A stretch of 63,417 nucleotides of DNA, filler included, from Saprolegnia diclina VS20 (lineage: Eukaryota), in the NCBI RefSeq assembly GCF_000281045.1. It is 4 parts of 2 records of this genome, joined end to end, with 100 filler letters (N's around TTAATTAATTAA, not from the genome) between each part and the next. Parts side by side here need not be neighbours in the genome. Positions count along the whole stretch, not along the records: positions 27,223 to 57,421 come from NW_008246164.1; positions 57,522 to 60,903 come from NW_008246167.1; 2 more parts are not named here. One strand, written 5' to 3'. Within the stretch, counting starts at the first letter, position 1; every line of letters begins with the position of its first letter. Position numbers and translations under genes: made by a program. Positions 48,396 to 58,018 of this stretch are shown here, piece by piece. Under the pieces are notes generated by a model. The model saw only the letters and a list, made by a program, of their open reading frames with translations. It searched no databases and was not told the DNA's origin.

Positions 48396-50762
48396 ATGCT
48401 CAAGAAGAAGGGACCCTCCAATACCCGCCGGTTCACCTCCCTCGACGCTTCCACTTGACGACCCAGTGCTTAGGCTATTGCCACTGGACCTCTCGGCGTT
48501 TGATGTGCCCAATTCCAAGTCCAAACGCATTTTTCAGCGCAAAGTCCGTCTCATCTCTAAGAATTCGAAGCGCCATGTCTGCATAGGACCTGGTCGAGGC
48601 CGTTCGACGGGTCAACTCGCCGATCGTGCTGCCGTCTCGCTTCGAATCGACGTCGTCGCTCGGGAGCTCGTCGTCGCTCGGCAGCGTCCATGGCGACGGT
48701 CCCGAGTCGTCGTCCGACTCGAACAAGGACGTGGCGACACTGGAAGACGGCGTCAACCTCAATGCGCGCAAGTACAATGAGCGCAAGCGCGTCGCCGACG
48801 CCAAGGAAAAAGAGCTCTCGACGCTCGTGGACCAGTACCGAGCGATGCAGATCGAGACGGACGAGCTCGACCGGATCCAGAACCAAGAATCGCACGGCGC
48901 CAAGGAGATCCAGCGGCTCAACACCGAGATCGAAGAGTGCATGCTCTCGATGGAGGAAAAGGTACTTGGTGTTTTAGTCGTCCACTCTTGCGTAATGCTT
49001 ATAGATGCACACGCGGCGACAGCTGGAACATATGATTCGGCGTCTCCAGACGAACCAAATCAAGTTTGACTCGCACATCCAGGCCATGTCGGTGGCTGTC
49101 GAGGCGAGTGCGCGCGAAGCCGAAGAAGTCCGCATTCTGAGCCGGCAGCTCGAAGCCGGCAAGTCGCGCACGATCCAGCTGCTCCAAGAGTACAGTATTT
49201 AACTCGTGCCACGACATGTATGTACGGAATCGATAGTCTGCAGCAGCAAGTGGTGATCGAGCGCAAGCAGCGCACACGAGAGCTCTCGGAGCACTCGATC
49301 AAGGCCAAGAACGCCGAACGTATGGAGCAGTGGCGGCTCAAGCGCATGAAGCAGCGCTCCGAGCTCGCGGCCGAGGTACATTGGGCGAGCAACGCAGCGT
49401 GACATGTCTCGACTGTCCTAGCTCCGCGGCGACCTCTCGTACGACGAAGAGCGGCGGCTACTGCGCGACATTGAGAACCGGCGAAAGGCCAACGCCGACT
49501 TGGGCGCCGCAAACATGGAGATTTCGCAGCGCGCGACGGACCACGACCAAGTCGTTGACCAAATGAAGCAAGTCACAGGCGCAAGCAGCCTCCAGGATGT
49601 CGTCGACAAGTTTGCGGCCCAGAGCTTGAGCAACCAGTCGCTCGAGAAGGAAAAAGTGCGCGCCGAAGCGCGACTCTCGAACGCGAAATTCGCCAAGGAG
49701 AATGCACTCAAGGCGCTCAACGACTTGAAGGCGTCCGGTATTGGCGGCATTGAGCTCAATCGGTGCGCTTCTTGTTGTGTTCATTTTGAGATTCATCGGT
49801 GGCGGGTAGGGATGTGTACACCGCGCTGGAGAATGACATTTTACAAGCAAAAGGCCTTCTCAAGACCAACAAGGCTGCGTACGACTGCTTGGACGGTGTC
49901 CTTGCGGCCGTCCGCCAGGGGGCCAGCAGCCTCGTGCAACGCCTCGCACCGTTCGACGTGGGTTCCATTTTGGGTCGAGTCTGTTTGATCGCATGTATCA
50001 TGAATGTAGGAGCTCCTCGAGATCAACGACGACGCACTCGTGACGCTCAACGGCAAGGACACGGGCCACGACTTGCTCTCGATCGCCGAAATCAAATTTG
50101 CCAAAGTCGTCGAGCTCGTCGGCCAGCAAAACGGCGCCGGCGGCGGCTTCACCGGGTACGGCGGCGACGGCGACGACGGCTTTGACGACCATGGCGGCCG
50201 CCACGACCACGGTGACGAGGCCAAGCACCTTATCTGGTCGCCCCACGGCAACTCGGACCCGGTCGTCCATCGCAACAACATTCGGGTCAAGGCCAAGACG
50301 GGCGGACACCCAGACAGCGCACGCTCGGATGCATCGAGCTCGTCGGGCGTCGGCGACGACGAGCCGGTGGTCGCCAACGGCCCGATCCTCGACGTGCTCG
50401 TGCCGTCGCGCGACATTCTCAAGATGAGCAGCAACCGTCATTTCTCCGAAGTGATGCGAAAAAAAGAGGTACAATATTGTCCATCAATTCTCTACCACGG
50501 GCGAGTAGCTCGCGGAGAAGCGCAAGAACGCGACCGAGCGCGGCATCTCGGACGAAGAACTCACGTCCAAACTCAAGAAAAAGAATCAGGTATGTATCAA
50601 CCTATCAGCGTATCAACTGGACGCGGGGCGTAGAACGAAGCGGACAAGCGCCTCTCGACAAATCCTCTCCTGCGCATGGGGCTGCCCCCCGGCGTCTCGC
50701 AAAAGGACGACGCGTTGACCAAGTCGAACGCGTTCATTACGCAAATGCCGCAGCTTTTATAG
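48396..50762 (+). CDS. Coiled-coil protein resembling an outer dynein arm docking complex subunit (CCDC151/ODA3-like), multi-exon
   Basis: In-frame spliced exons, long heptad regions, MKQVTGAS..QDVVDKF, NNIRVK and VPSRDILK motifs. Stop TAG at 50760-50762. Confidence 0.6.
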
Positions 50763-50808
50763 ACACTAGTACTATAGTTTACACCACAAACACACGACGT
50801 AGTATGAT

Positions 50809-51938
50809 TCAAAACACAGCTTTGAAGAGACGGCGCGCCACGTACGGGAACCTTGGCACACAGAAGTGGCGTGTACCTTCATAAGACGTGTCGACCGAGA
50901 GTGCTATCAGCTTGAAGCAAGACCTCGTGCGAACAGGCCCGTCGCCACCGTCCAAACTGCGCTCTTGGTGGAGCTCCAGTCGGCGCTTCCACTCGTCGAT
51001 CGGGGCATGGAGCTCTTGCGGCGTCTTGGGGCGACGACCACGTCCCAGCCATCGGCAAAGAAGCCGCGTGGCCGAGTCAAAGTCGCACTCCAAGCCCGTT
51101 GGGCTCTCGAGAAAGACGAGAAACGTTGCGCAACTGAGGCAGTCGTGACGCGCCGACGGAGGCGTGAGACCGCGGACGGTCAAATCGTCGAGCGTCGGAA
51201 GCGCGACGTCTGCTTCGGCTTCGAGTCGCCCGACGCCGGCGCGGGCAAGGTGGTCCACGACGGCCTCAGCGAGTGAAATGAGACTTCTAGGAGACGAAAT
51301 ACAGTGCTGCGGTAGGTCGCGAGGCTACGATCGGGCATAACTACGAGCGTCAAAGTCACTTGGTGCGCAAAAAAGACGAACGCATTCGGTGTCCAGGTGT
51401 GCACCACGTCGGCGGCGTCACGGGCGAGCCCGGTTGCCGTGGGGGCATAATGCTGTAGGAAAAGCCGACTGTCACCAACGCGAGTGGACTCGTCGCTGCG
51501 AATGATGAGCTGCGGCACCGACTGCAGCAGCAACGCTCCAAGATGACTCGCTGCCCGTGCTGGCATCGACACGTGGCGGCGCAGTAGTGCTGCGATGGCC
51601 GGCACAAGGCGTGCTCCACGTCCGCCACAAACTGCCGAGAAGGGCACACCGCGGCTGACACTACGGTGGGCGCCAGCACCGCGAGGGGACACTACGTCTT
51701 GGGCTTTCGTTGCACGAGACCGAGCATGTAGCGTGTGCAGGATCCAGAAATGCATCGACGTTGAGCAAGAGACTGCGTGGAAGATGCGACACGAGCCACT
51801 CAGCGGCGCGTCCATGCCATCGACCTGCAGGCGCGGAGAATCACGCGGATGCAGCCCGCGGCCCGTGGCGAACGGCTTGGCCGGGCGTCGGATCGCGGCC
51901 AGCGCTCGCTCGAGGCCCTGGCGCACCGGCGCTGCCAT
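50809..51938 (-). pseudogene. Short or degenerate paralog of the 2OG-Fe(II) oxygenase-like family
   Basis: N-terminus LERALAAIRRPAKPFATG...PRLQVDGMDAPL is typical of the family start. The downstream frame is fragmented and the 3' end is uncertain. Confidence 0.35.
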
Positions 51939-52672
51939 TCCGTCCAAGAATCGGTACGTGCCAAACGCGATCCGCTAAGGTTTTACTTTAACCTCATGGT
52001 TTAAACAGGTTGGACGAGAAAAACCCGCTCGTCTCGGGACGTAATACTCAGGTTACACATGAGGTTAAACTGCCGTTGGTGCTGTCGCTTCAATACACTG
52101 AAGAGGCGACGGTGCTGGTGTCCGCAGTAAGCGCCAAATTAAACAAGTTGTCCGTGAGCGAAGACGTCGTGGCATGGGCCGACCAGCACGGGCGAATGCG
52201 GTGCTGAGGTTGCTTGCGTCCGGTATCCGGATGTTTGCCACCATCGTGTTTTATGTGAAAAACAATGTGCGAAATGTGTTTTCACACAAAGTGGCGTGAT
52301 ATTAGAATACCGCTCGCACGCGATCCACCGAGACGCGATGGCCGGTGCGTGTCGGTGGCCTCACGCTGCAATGAACACAGTCACTGTGCACGCTCCGGAC
52401 GCGCTTGTGCTCGGCGTCTAAGTGCACGCCACTTCCTTTCTGAGCCGTGCTTATTCCTCACTCGCCCTCAGCGCTACACGACGATGGCCGTCGGTCTGCA
52501 GCACTCGAGCCGACCACGCCGCTTCTCGCAACCAAGCACGCTGTCATGACCGCCATCGACTTGCTCCCAGCGAGACCTCTTGCCAACACTGCGAATACGA
52601 CCTGGTAGGACCCTTTACGCGTGGGCTGGCTTTTCCCACCTCTTTTTTCTCCCAGAACCGCAATTGCCTCGC

Positions 52673-55198
52673 ATGGCCGACGCGACGCCAGCGTATCAGG
52701 GCTACCTTCGGACGCTGGCGACGCTCGCTCGAAGCGAGACCCCGTGCGTGGTTGGCGTCGTCGCTGCCGTGCACCGAGGCCTCGTGGCCGTCGAGCGCCT
52801 TAGCAATCGGACGTACGAGCGCATTGGCTGGCCGCTCTCATCGTCGCAAGGTGCGTACCTCTTCCGGCGCCATGCTCACGACGGCACGACGTGCATCATT
52901 CCAGCGACCAGGCTCCTCGTGCACGACGGCGCGATCGTGCCCATTGCGCTGCATTGCACCGACACGCTGCTTCGCCCACCGCGCCGCGTCGTGCTGCGCA
53001 TGTCGCATCTCGTGCTCACGCGCGCCGGCGGCGACGTTGGTCCGTACCTTCCGACTCGATCGCCGCCGCAAGGCGTCTTTGGCTACGTGGTCTTGCTGCT
53101 GCCAACGTCGGCGACCGGTGGCACTTTGACGCTGACGCCGACGAGCACGCTCCTGCGATGGCGCCAGGGCCAGGACGGGGCGATCCTCGGGACCTTCCAC
53201 GACGCCGAGCACGCTACGTTCGACAGTGTCCAGACAGGCTACCGCATTGCGCTGGTCTACGCCATCGTGTACACAGAGCATGTTTCTCGCCTCAATCTGC
53301 TCGAGCAACTGCCTGTCTGGGCATCGCAGCTGCAGGCGACCGCGACGACGTACGCGTGGCACTGGCGACGCACGTACACGGACCTGGAGTTTAGCGTTTT
53401 GGCGCCGCCCGACATGCGGGTCGTCGCTGCGCTCGTGGGCAGCAACTGCTTTGACGTGGCTTTTGCTCGCATCCTCTGGAGCCAGCGCGACGCTCTGTGG
53501 ATCGTGGTCAAGGCCGTATTGCATCCCGAGAGCCAGCTGCTCGCCAGCGTCTACTTGGCCGGCCAGGCGCTTCCTGCCGTTCTCAACGCGACGCCGACGC
53601 CGCCAGACGATGGCGCCATCACGACGTGCCTCGTGTTTTGGTCGCGCCTGCACCGCCACCGGCTTCCCGGCTTTCGCCGCACACTAACCCAGCTCGAGCG
53701 CGTCTTGCAACATGGGCTTGGTGCGTGTGCGACGCACCTCGTCACGAGCTTGATCGACATGCTCTTTGACGCAAGCGCGCTGCCCGCGCATCGGTACCTG
53801 GATGTGCCCGACGCCGTCCAACTCGGTCGCGTCCTCACACAGTATCGGCGCGTGGTGCTGCTTCAGCTCTTGGTCGTCAGCTACGTCCCGGTCGCGGTGA
53901 CACGCTCGCAGCTTGGACGCTTCCTGCACTGGCTCCCAACGGCCATCACAGAGGTCGGCTGCGATCCGTTGGCATCTGCGCTACTGCAGCTCGTGGACGA
54001 ACAAACGTGTACGTGGTGCGTGGTCTCGGATGTCTTGTCATTTCTTGTCGATCTCATGCAACTCTCGGAGCGCTCAGAGACGGGCGACTTTGTCAAGATG
54101 GGGTACCAACGGCTGCTGCCACAGCTGCTGCTGTGTCACGACGCGCCGTCGACGCCGACGGCCAGTCGCCGCATCGTGTCGGCGCTGCTTTGCTTGGAGA
54201 ACTTTGCCGTCGCACGCACCGAGGCGGACGTCCGCGGGCGGCTCGCACGCCTTCCCAGCAGCGTCCTCGGGACCATTGATACGTACTTGCAGCCGAGCTT
54301 GATGAGCGTGCTCGCTGCCAGAGCCGACGTGTGGGACCCTATGTCGGTCGTCGCTCCCGTGCTCGTGACGCTTCTCGATGCGCTGCCGGCGCTGCATGTG
54401 CCCACGTACGTGGCCTACGTTCTCGATGCATTTGACGCTCGGCCGCCGGCCTTCAACGCCACCGGTCTTGGCTCGATTTTTGCTCTGAGTCCAAGCCGAT
54501 TCGAGCGCTGCGTCGAGCGGTACATGGGCGCATTCGACTCGGACATCGCGCTCGCCAGCGTCAAGTATCTGCAACGTATCGAGACTGTCCCGCCACTGGT
54601 CCACTCGTGCCTGTTGACGTCGGCCATGCTCGTGCTGGCGCAGGTGCGGCGGTTGGCGGCCGGCGAGCACCCGATCCCCGCGGTGCTTCCTGCAGCCGTC
54701 GAGATGCTCTATCGACTGGGCTTTGGCCACGCGCTTGTGGGGTACCTCAATGCGCTGACGCCCACCACCCTTCACGTCGCACGCCGCGTTCTCTTGCCCG
54801 TGTACGACGTCGTGGTGCAGCACGCGCCGGGTGGCGTGCTGACAGAGCTCCTTCGACAGCTTGTTCTCGTGCACCTGGCCTCGGTGCCCCCCGTCCATCG
54901 CCCTGACTGGGCTTTGGCCGCGCCAGCACTGCCGTGTCATTGCGCCATGTGCTCGGACGTCCACGCGTTCCTGGCCTCGCCCACGCGAGGCGCGTGGGAG
55001 GCCTGCGTCGACCACGTCTGCGTGCAACTCGATGGCTACTTGCGCTTTGCGGCCGTCGCTCTGGCTTCGCTCGGTGTGCTCGTCACAACACATGACGCTC
55101 GTCTTTTGCTGCAGAAACACCGCTACCATGACGTGGCAGCGTACGAAGCCGACGTTGCAACGATCGCACGCTTGTCGGAAGCGGCCCCTGTCAAATAA
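52673..55198 (+). CDS. Degenerate 2OG-Fe(II) oxygenase-like domain protein with a C-terminal CxCxxC motif
   Basis: Intronless. GVFGYVVLLLPTSATGGTL...VQTGYRIALVY; C-terminal DW...CHCAMC...FLASP. Paralogous to 27223-29055. Confidence 0.75.
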   Translation: MADATPAYQGYLRTLATLARSETPCVVGVVAAVHRGLVAVERLSNRTYERIGWPLSSSQGAYLFRRHAHDGTTCIIPATRLLVHDGAIVPIALHCTDTLLRPPRRVVLRMSHLVLTRAGGDVGPYLPTRSPPQGVFGYVVLLLPTSATGGTLTLTPTSTLLRWRQGQDGAILGTFHDAEHATFDSVQTGYRIALVYAIVYTEHVSRLNLLEQLPVWASQLQATATTYAWHWRRTYTDLEFSVLAPPDMRVVAALVGSNCFDVAFARILWSQRDALWIVVKAVLHPESQLLASVYLAGQALPAVLNATPTPPDDGAITTCLVFWSRLHRHRLPGFRRTLTQLERVLQHGLGACATHLVTSLIDMLFDASALPAHRYLDVPDAVQLGRVLTQYRRVVLLQLLVVSYVPVAVTRSQLGRFLHWLPTAITEVGCDPLASALLQLVDEQTCTWCVVSDVLSFLVDLMQLSERSETGDFVKMGYQRLLPQLLLCHDAPSTPTASRRIVSALLCLENFAVARTEADVRGRLARLPSSVLGTIDTYLQPSLMSVLAARADVWDPMSVVAPVLVTLLDALPALHVPTYVAYVLDAFDARPPAFNATGLGSIFALSPSRFERCVERYMGAFDSDIALASVKYLQRIETVPPLVHSCLLTSAMLVLAQVRRLAAGEHPIPAVLPAAVEMLYRLGFGHALVGYLNALTPTTLHVARRVLLPVYDVVVQHAPGGVLTELLRQLVLVHLASVPPVHRPDWALAAPALPCHCAMCSDVHAFLASPTRGAWEACVDHVCVQLDGYLRFAAVALASLGVLVTTHDARLLLQKHRYHDVAAYEADVATIARLSEAAPVK

Positions 55199-55652
55199 AC
55201 CGATATTAACAGTCTATGTCATCGCAAGAAGCGTGTACGGTACACTGTTGCATGGTGGCCCTTTGTCGCAGCCGACCAGGGGTCCCATGAGGTGCTCACG
55301 TCTGGCGTTGGAAGCAGGCTGCCGTCAAAAGCTGCATCCTTCATGGTACTAGCTCGACTTGCTGTTGCTTAATAGCAGCAGCAGCACTGTCCTCGCCCAA
55401 GCAAGCTCGTCCAACGCGCGCCTCGACGCACGATTTTCACACTTAGGGTAGGGGTAGGGCAAATTGATTTTTATAAAAAACAACACAGGTTGTAACGTCG
55501 TGAAGCGTGTTGCCTACTAGTAGTAGCGTTCTATCATCGGGTCCTCATGCTGAACCTTCTCCAATGTGTATGGTTGCATCAGCTCAACAAACAATACTAG
55601 TAGACAATATGTGTCGTGGTATTTCTATAACCTTTCGGTGGGTTCAGGTGAC

Positions 55653-57139
55653 TCAGAGGCGCAGAACGATCCCGCGGCGTGAGAGATAGACGCTAATGAC
55701 GTGGAAGGCGAGAATCGGGAAGCCAATGCAAAAGCCAAAGACGATCCAAAACATGTAGCGCGTGGTCTGCACCGTCGAGTCGAGGTTCATGCCAAAGCCG
55801 CCGACGACAAAGTTGGGGACGGCCACGAGCGTCGCCACCATCGAGAGGGTGAGGTCAACCACAAGCAGCGAATTGCGCTTCGTCTGCAGCTGCAATAGCA
55901 CCATGTCTTCGGTGCTTTGGATGCGCTGAAGCATGAGCGCGACGCGTGTCTGTGTTGCATACAAATCCTATACAACTCATGAAAACGACTGCCATCGCTG
56001 CGTGGCGTACGTGAAGGTAGGTCTCAATGATGGCTTCCACGGTCTCGGTCGCGAGCGTCTCGTGCACGGGTGACGTATCCAGCTATAGTTTTCGTGTTGA
56101 AGGCCATGCAAAGCGAATGTGGGGAGCACCACTGTGAGCTGCATGCGACGCAGATCGTCTTCCTTGTCCAATGCTTCCACGAGCATGCGCCGCACCGCCC
56201 CCACCTATATAGACACAGCGAAATAAGCGACCGACTGCTTCAAGGAGACCCTTGTACGCGCGTGGAATTCTCGTGGAGGCTTTTTTTGAGGGCGCGAAGC
56301 GCCTCCATGTCGCCCATTGGCAAGTCCGGGCGGCTCATGCGCTCGACGGCTGCTTGCGCAGTCGGCAGAAGCGCGTCGCCGTCCATGACGAGCCCGCTAA
56401 TGCATCGTGACATGCTGAAAGTATTTGCATCGAGGCGTACGAGCAGACGGCCGCCAACACCACTTCCAGAGCGCTATCGACAGACCAGTGAGGAGGTTAG
56501 GGCTAGGTCTATCGCCGTACCGCAATTCAAACGGCGTACGCTCCGAGTTGGATGCCTTGACGTGCTCTTGGACGAGCGTGTCGAGCTTGGAAGCAAGGTT
56601 GTCGGCACCGCTCGGTAGAAACACCAAGCAATTGTCGCGCAAAATTACCGCCCGGATAGGATCTACCGCGACTTGATACACTGAAACTTTTCGACGTCTA
56701 TACCCGCGTTGAGCAGAATGGCTTGGCGGCGGACCGAGAGCGATGGCTCGTTGGAGACCGTAAAGACTTCGTCGAGCTGTCGCAAGTCGCGCATGTGCAT
56801 GGCCTATCGATGGTGGTTAGGGCCCCATCGACATGGTATGCGCCAACCGGCACCGTGGGCGCGTCGGCTGGGTCCGTGGCGTCCGCGACGAGCTGCAAAA
56901 TCTCTGGTCGCGTCACTTCTTTTGGCGCCAAGTGGCCGCGGACGTCAAAACACAGCGCCTAATTGGTGCACGTCAAGGCCCCCAGATAATACAGACTCGA
57001 GACGCACGACGCGCTTGCCGTTGCGCATGGCGGGGCCCACGTCCAAGCAGTCGGCGCTCAGTCGACCGAACGTATGGGATGAATTCGACGACGACGTATA
57101 GCTCAAAAGCGGCGTGCAGAACGGTAGACTGGTCAGCAT
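55653..57139 (-). CDS. CorA/MRS2-family Mg2+ transporter, copy B (multi-exon)
   Basis: MRDLRQLD, DPIRAVILRDNCLVFLP, PFE, TKRN and GGFGMNLDS. The start codon is uncertain (57139 or 57028). Confidence 0.82.
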
Positions 57140-57421
57140 GATGCAAAAGATCAACTGACAGTGAACACGACGTGTCATGATCGAGGTGGACCTGCACGGG
57201 CGTACATTCCACGTACAGAAATGTACAATCCATAGAGAAGATAAGACGTACTTTGAAACGTACGGTACGAATGTACGAGACCAAGCGTACATCCGAGTCC
57301 TTTTCCACCTCGGGCGTCTGGACAAGATGCTTTTGAAACGCAAAACGAAGGCCGCAGCGAGCGCCAAGGCTGTCAGAGCAATCGTGCTTGGTTGTCCAAC
57401 AAGAGTGCTAAGTTGAATCGG

Positions 57422-57521
57422 NNNNNNNNNNNNNNNNNNNNNNNNNNNNNNNNNNNNNNNNNNNNTTAATTAATTAANNNNNNNNNNNNNNNNNNNNNNN
57501 NNNNNNNNNNNNNNNNNNNNN
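57422..57521. other. Contig join (N44-TTAATTAATTAA-N44)
   Basis: Linker at 57466-57477. Confidence 0.98.
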
Positions 57522-57878
57522 ATGTTCTCTACTAGCTTATCCATGCAGTGGCAAGCCCTCGACACGGCAAAGTGCAAGTATCTTATTAACTTATACCTTG
57601 CCCAACGACCCCGTGCAACCACGACAAATTTTATCAACAAGCAATCCCATACGTCCCTGGCCGCTTCTTCGTCCCATCCACATATTCCTTCTTCGCACCA
57701 TACTACTGTACGTACTAGTAGTAGTTGAGCGTTAGGTAGAGTGTACCTTATGAGAGTGCTTGTTGATAAAATTTGTCGTGGTTGCACGGGGTCGTTGGGC
57801 AAGGTATAAGTTAATAAGATACTTGCACTTTGCCGTGTCGAGGGCTTGCCACTGCATGGATAAGCTAGTAGAGAACAT
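57522..57878. repeat. 122-bp inverted repeat with a 113-bp spacer
   Basis: 57522-57643 is the reverse complement of 57757-57878. The left arm runs into the gap. Confidence 0.9.
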
Positions 57879-58018
57879 TGTCGTCAGTCGATACGCAGGA
57901 AGTTGCATGCCAGTGGTGGTACAGTGTAGTGATGATAGCTCACACGCATCTCTGCACTCGTCTTGTTGGTTTGCGTCGGAGCTCTCCAAGTTCATTTTCA
58001 TTTTGCAGCGGCAAGGAC

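Noticed and set aside
55443..55460. TTAGGGTAGGGGTAGGG as a telomeric seed or G-quadruplex
   Set aside because: Only one TTAGGG and three G-tracts.
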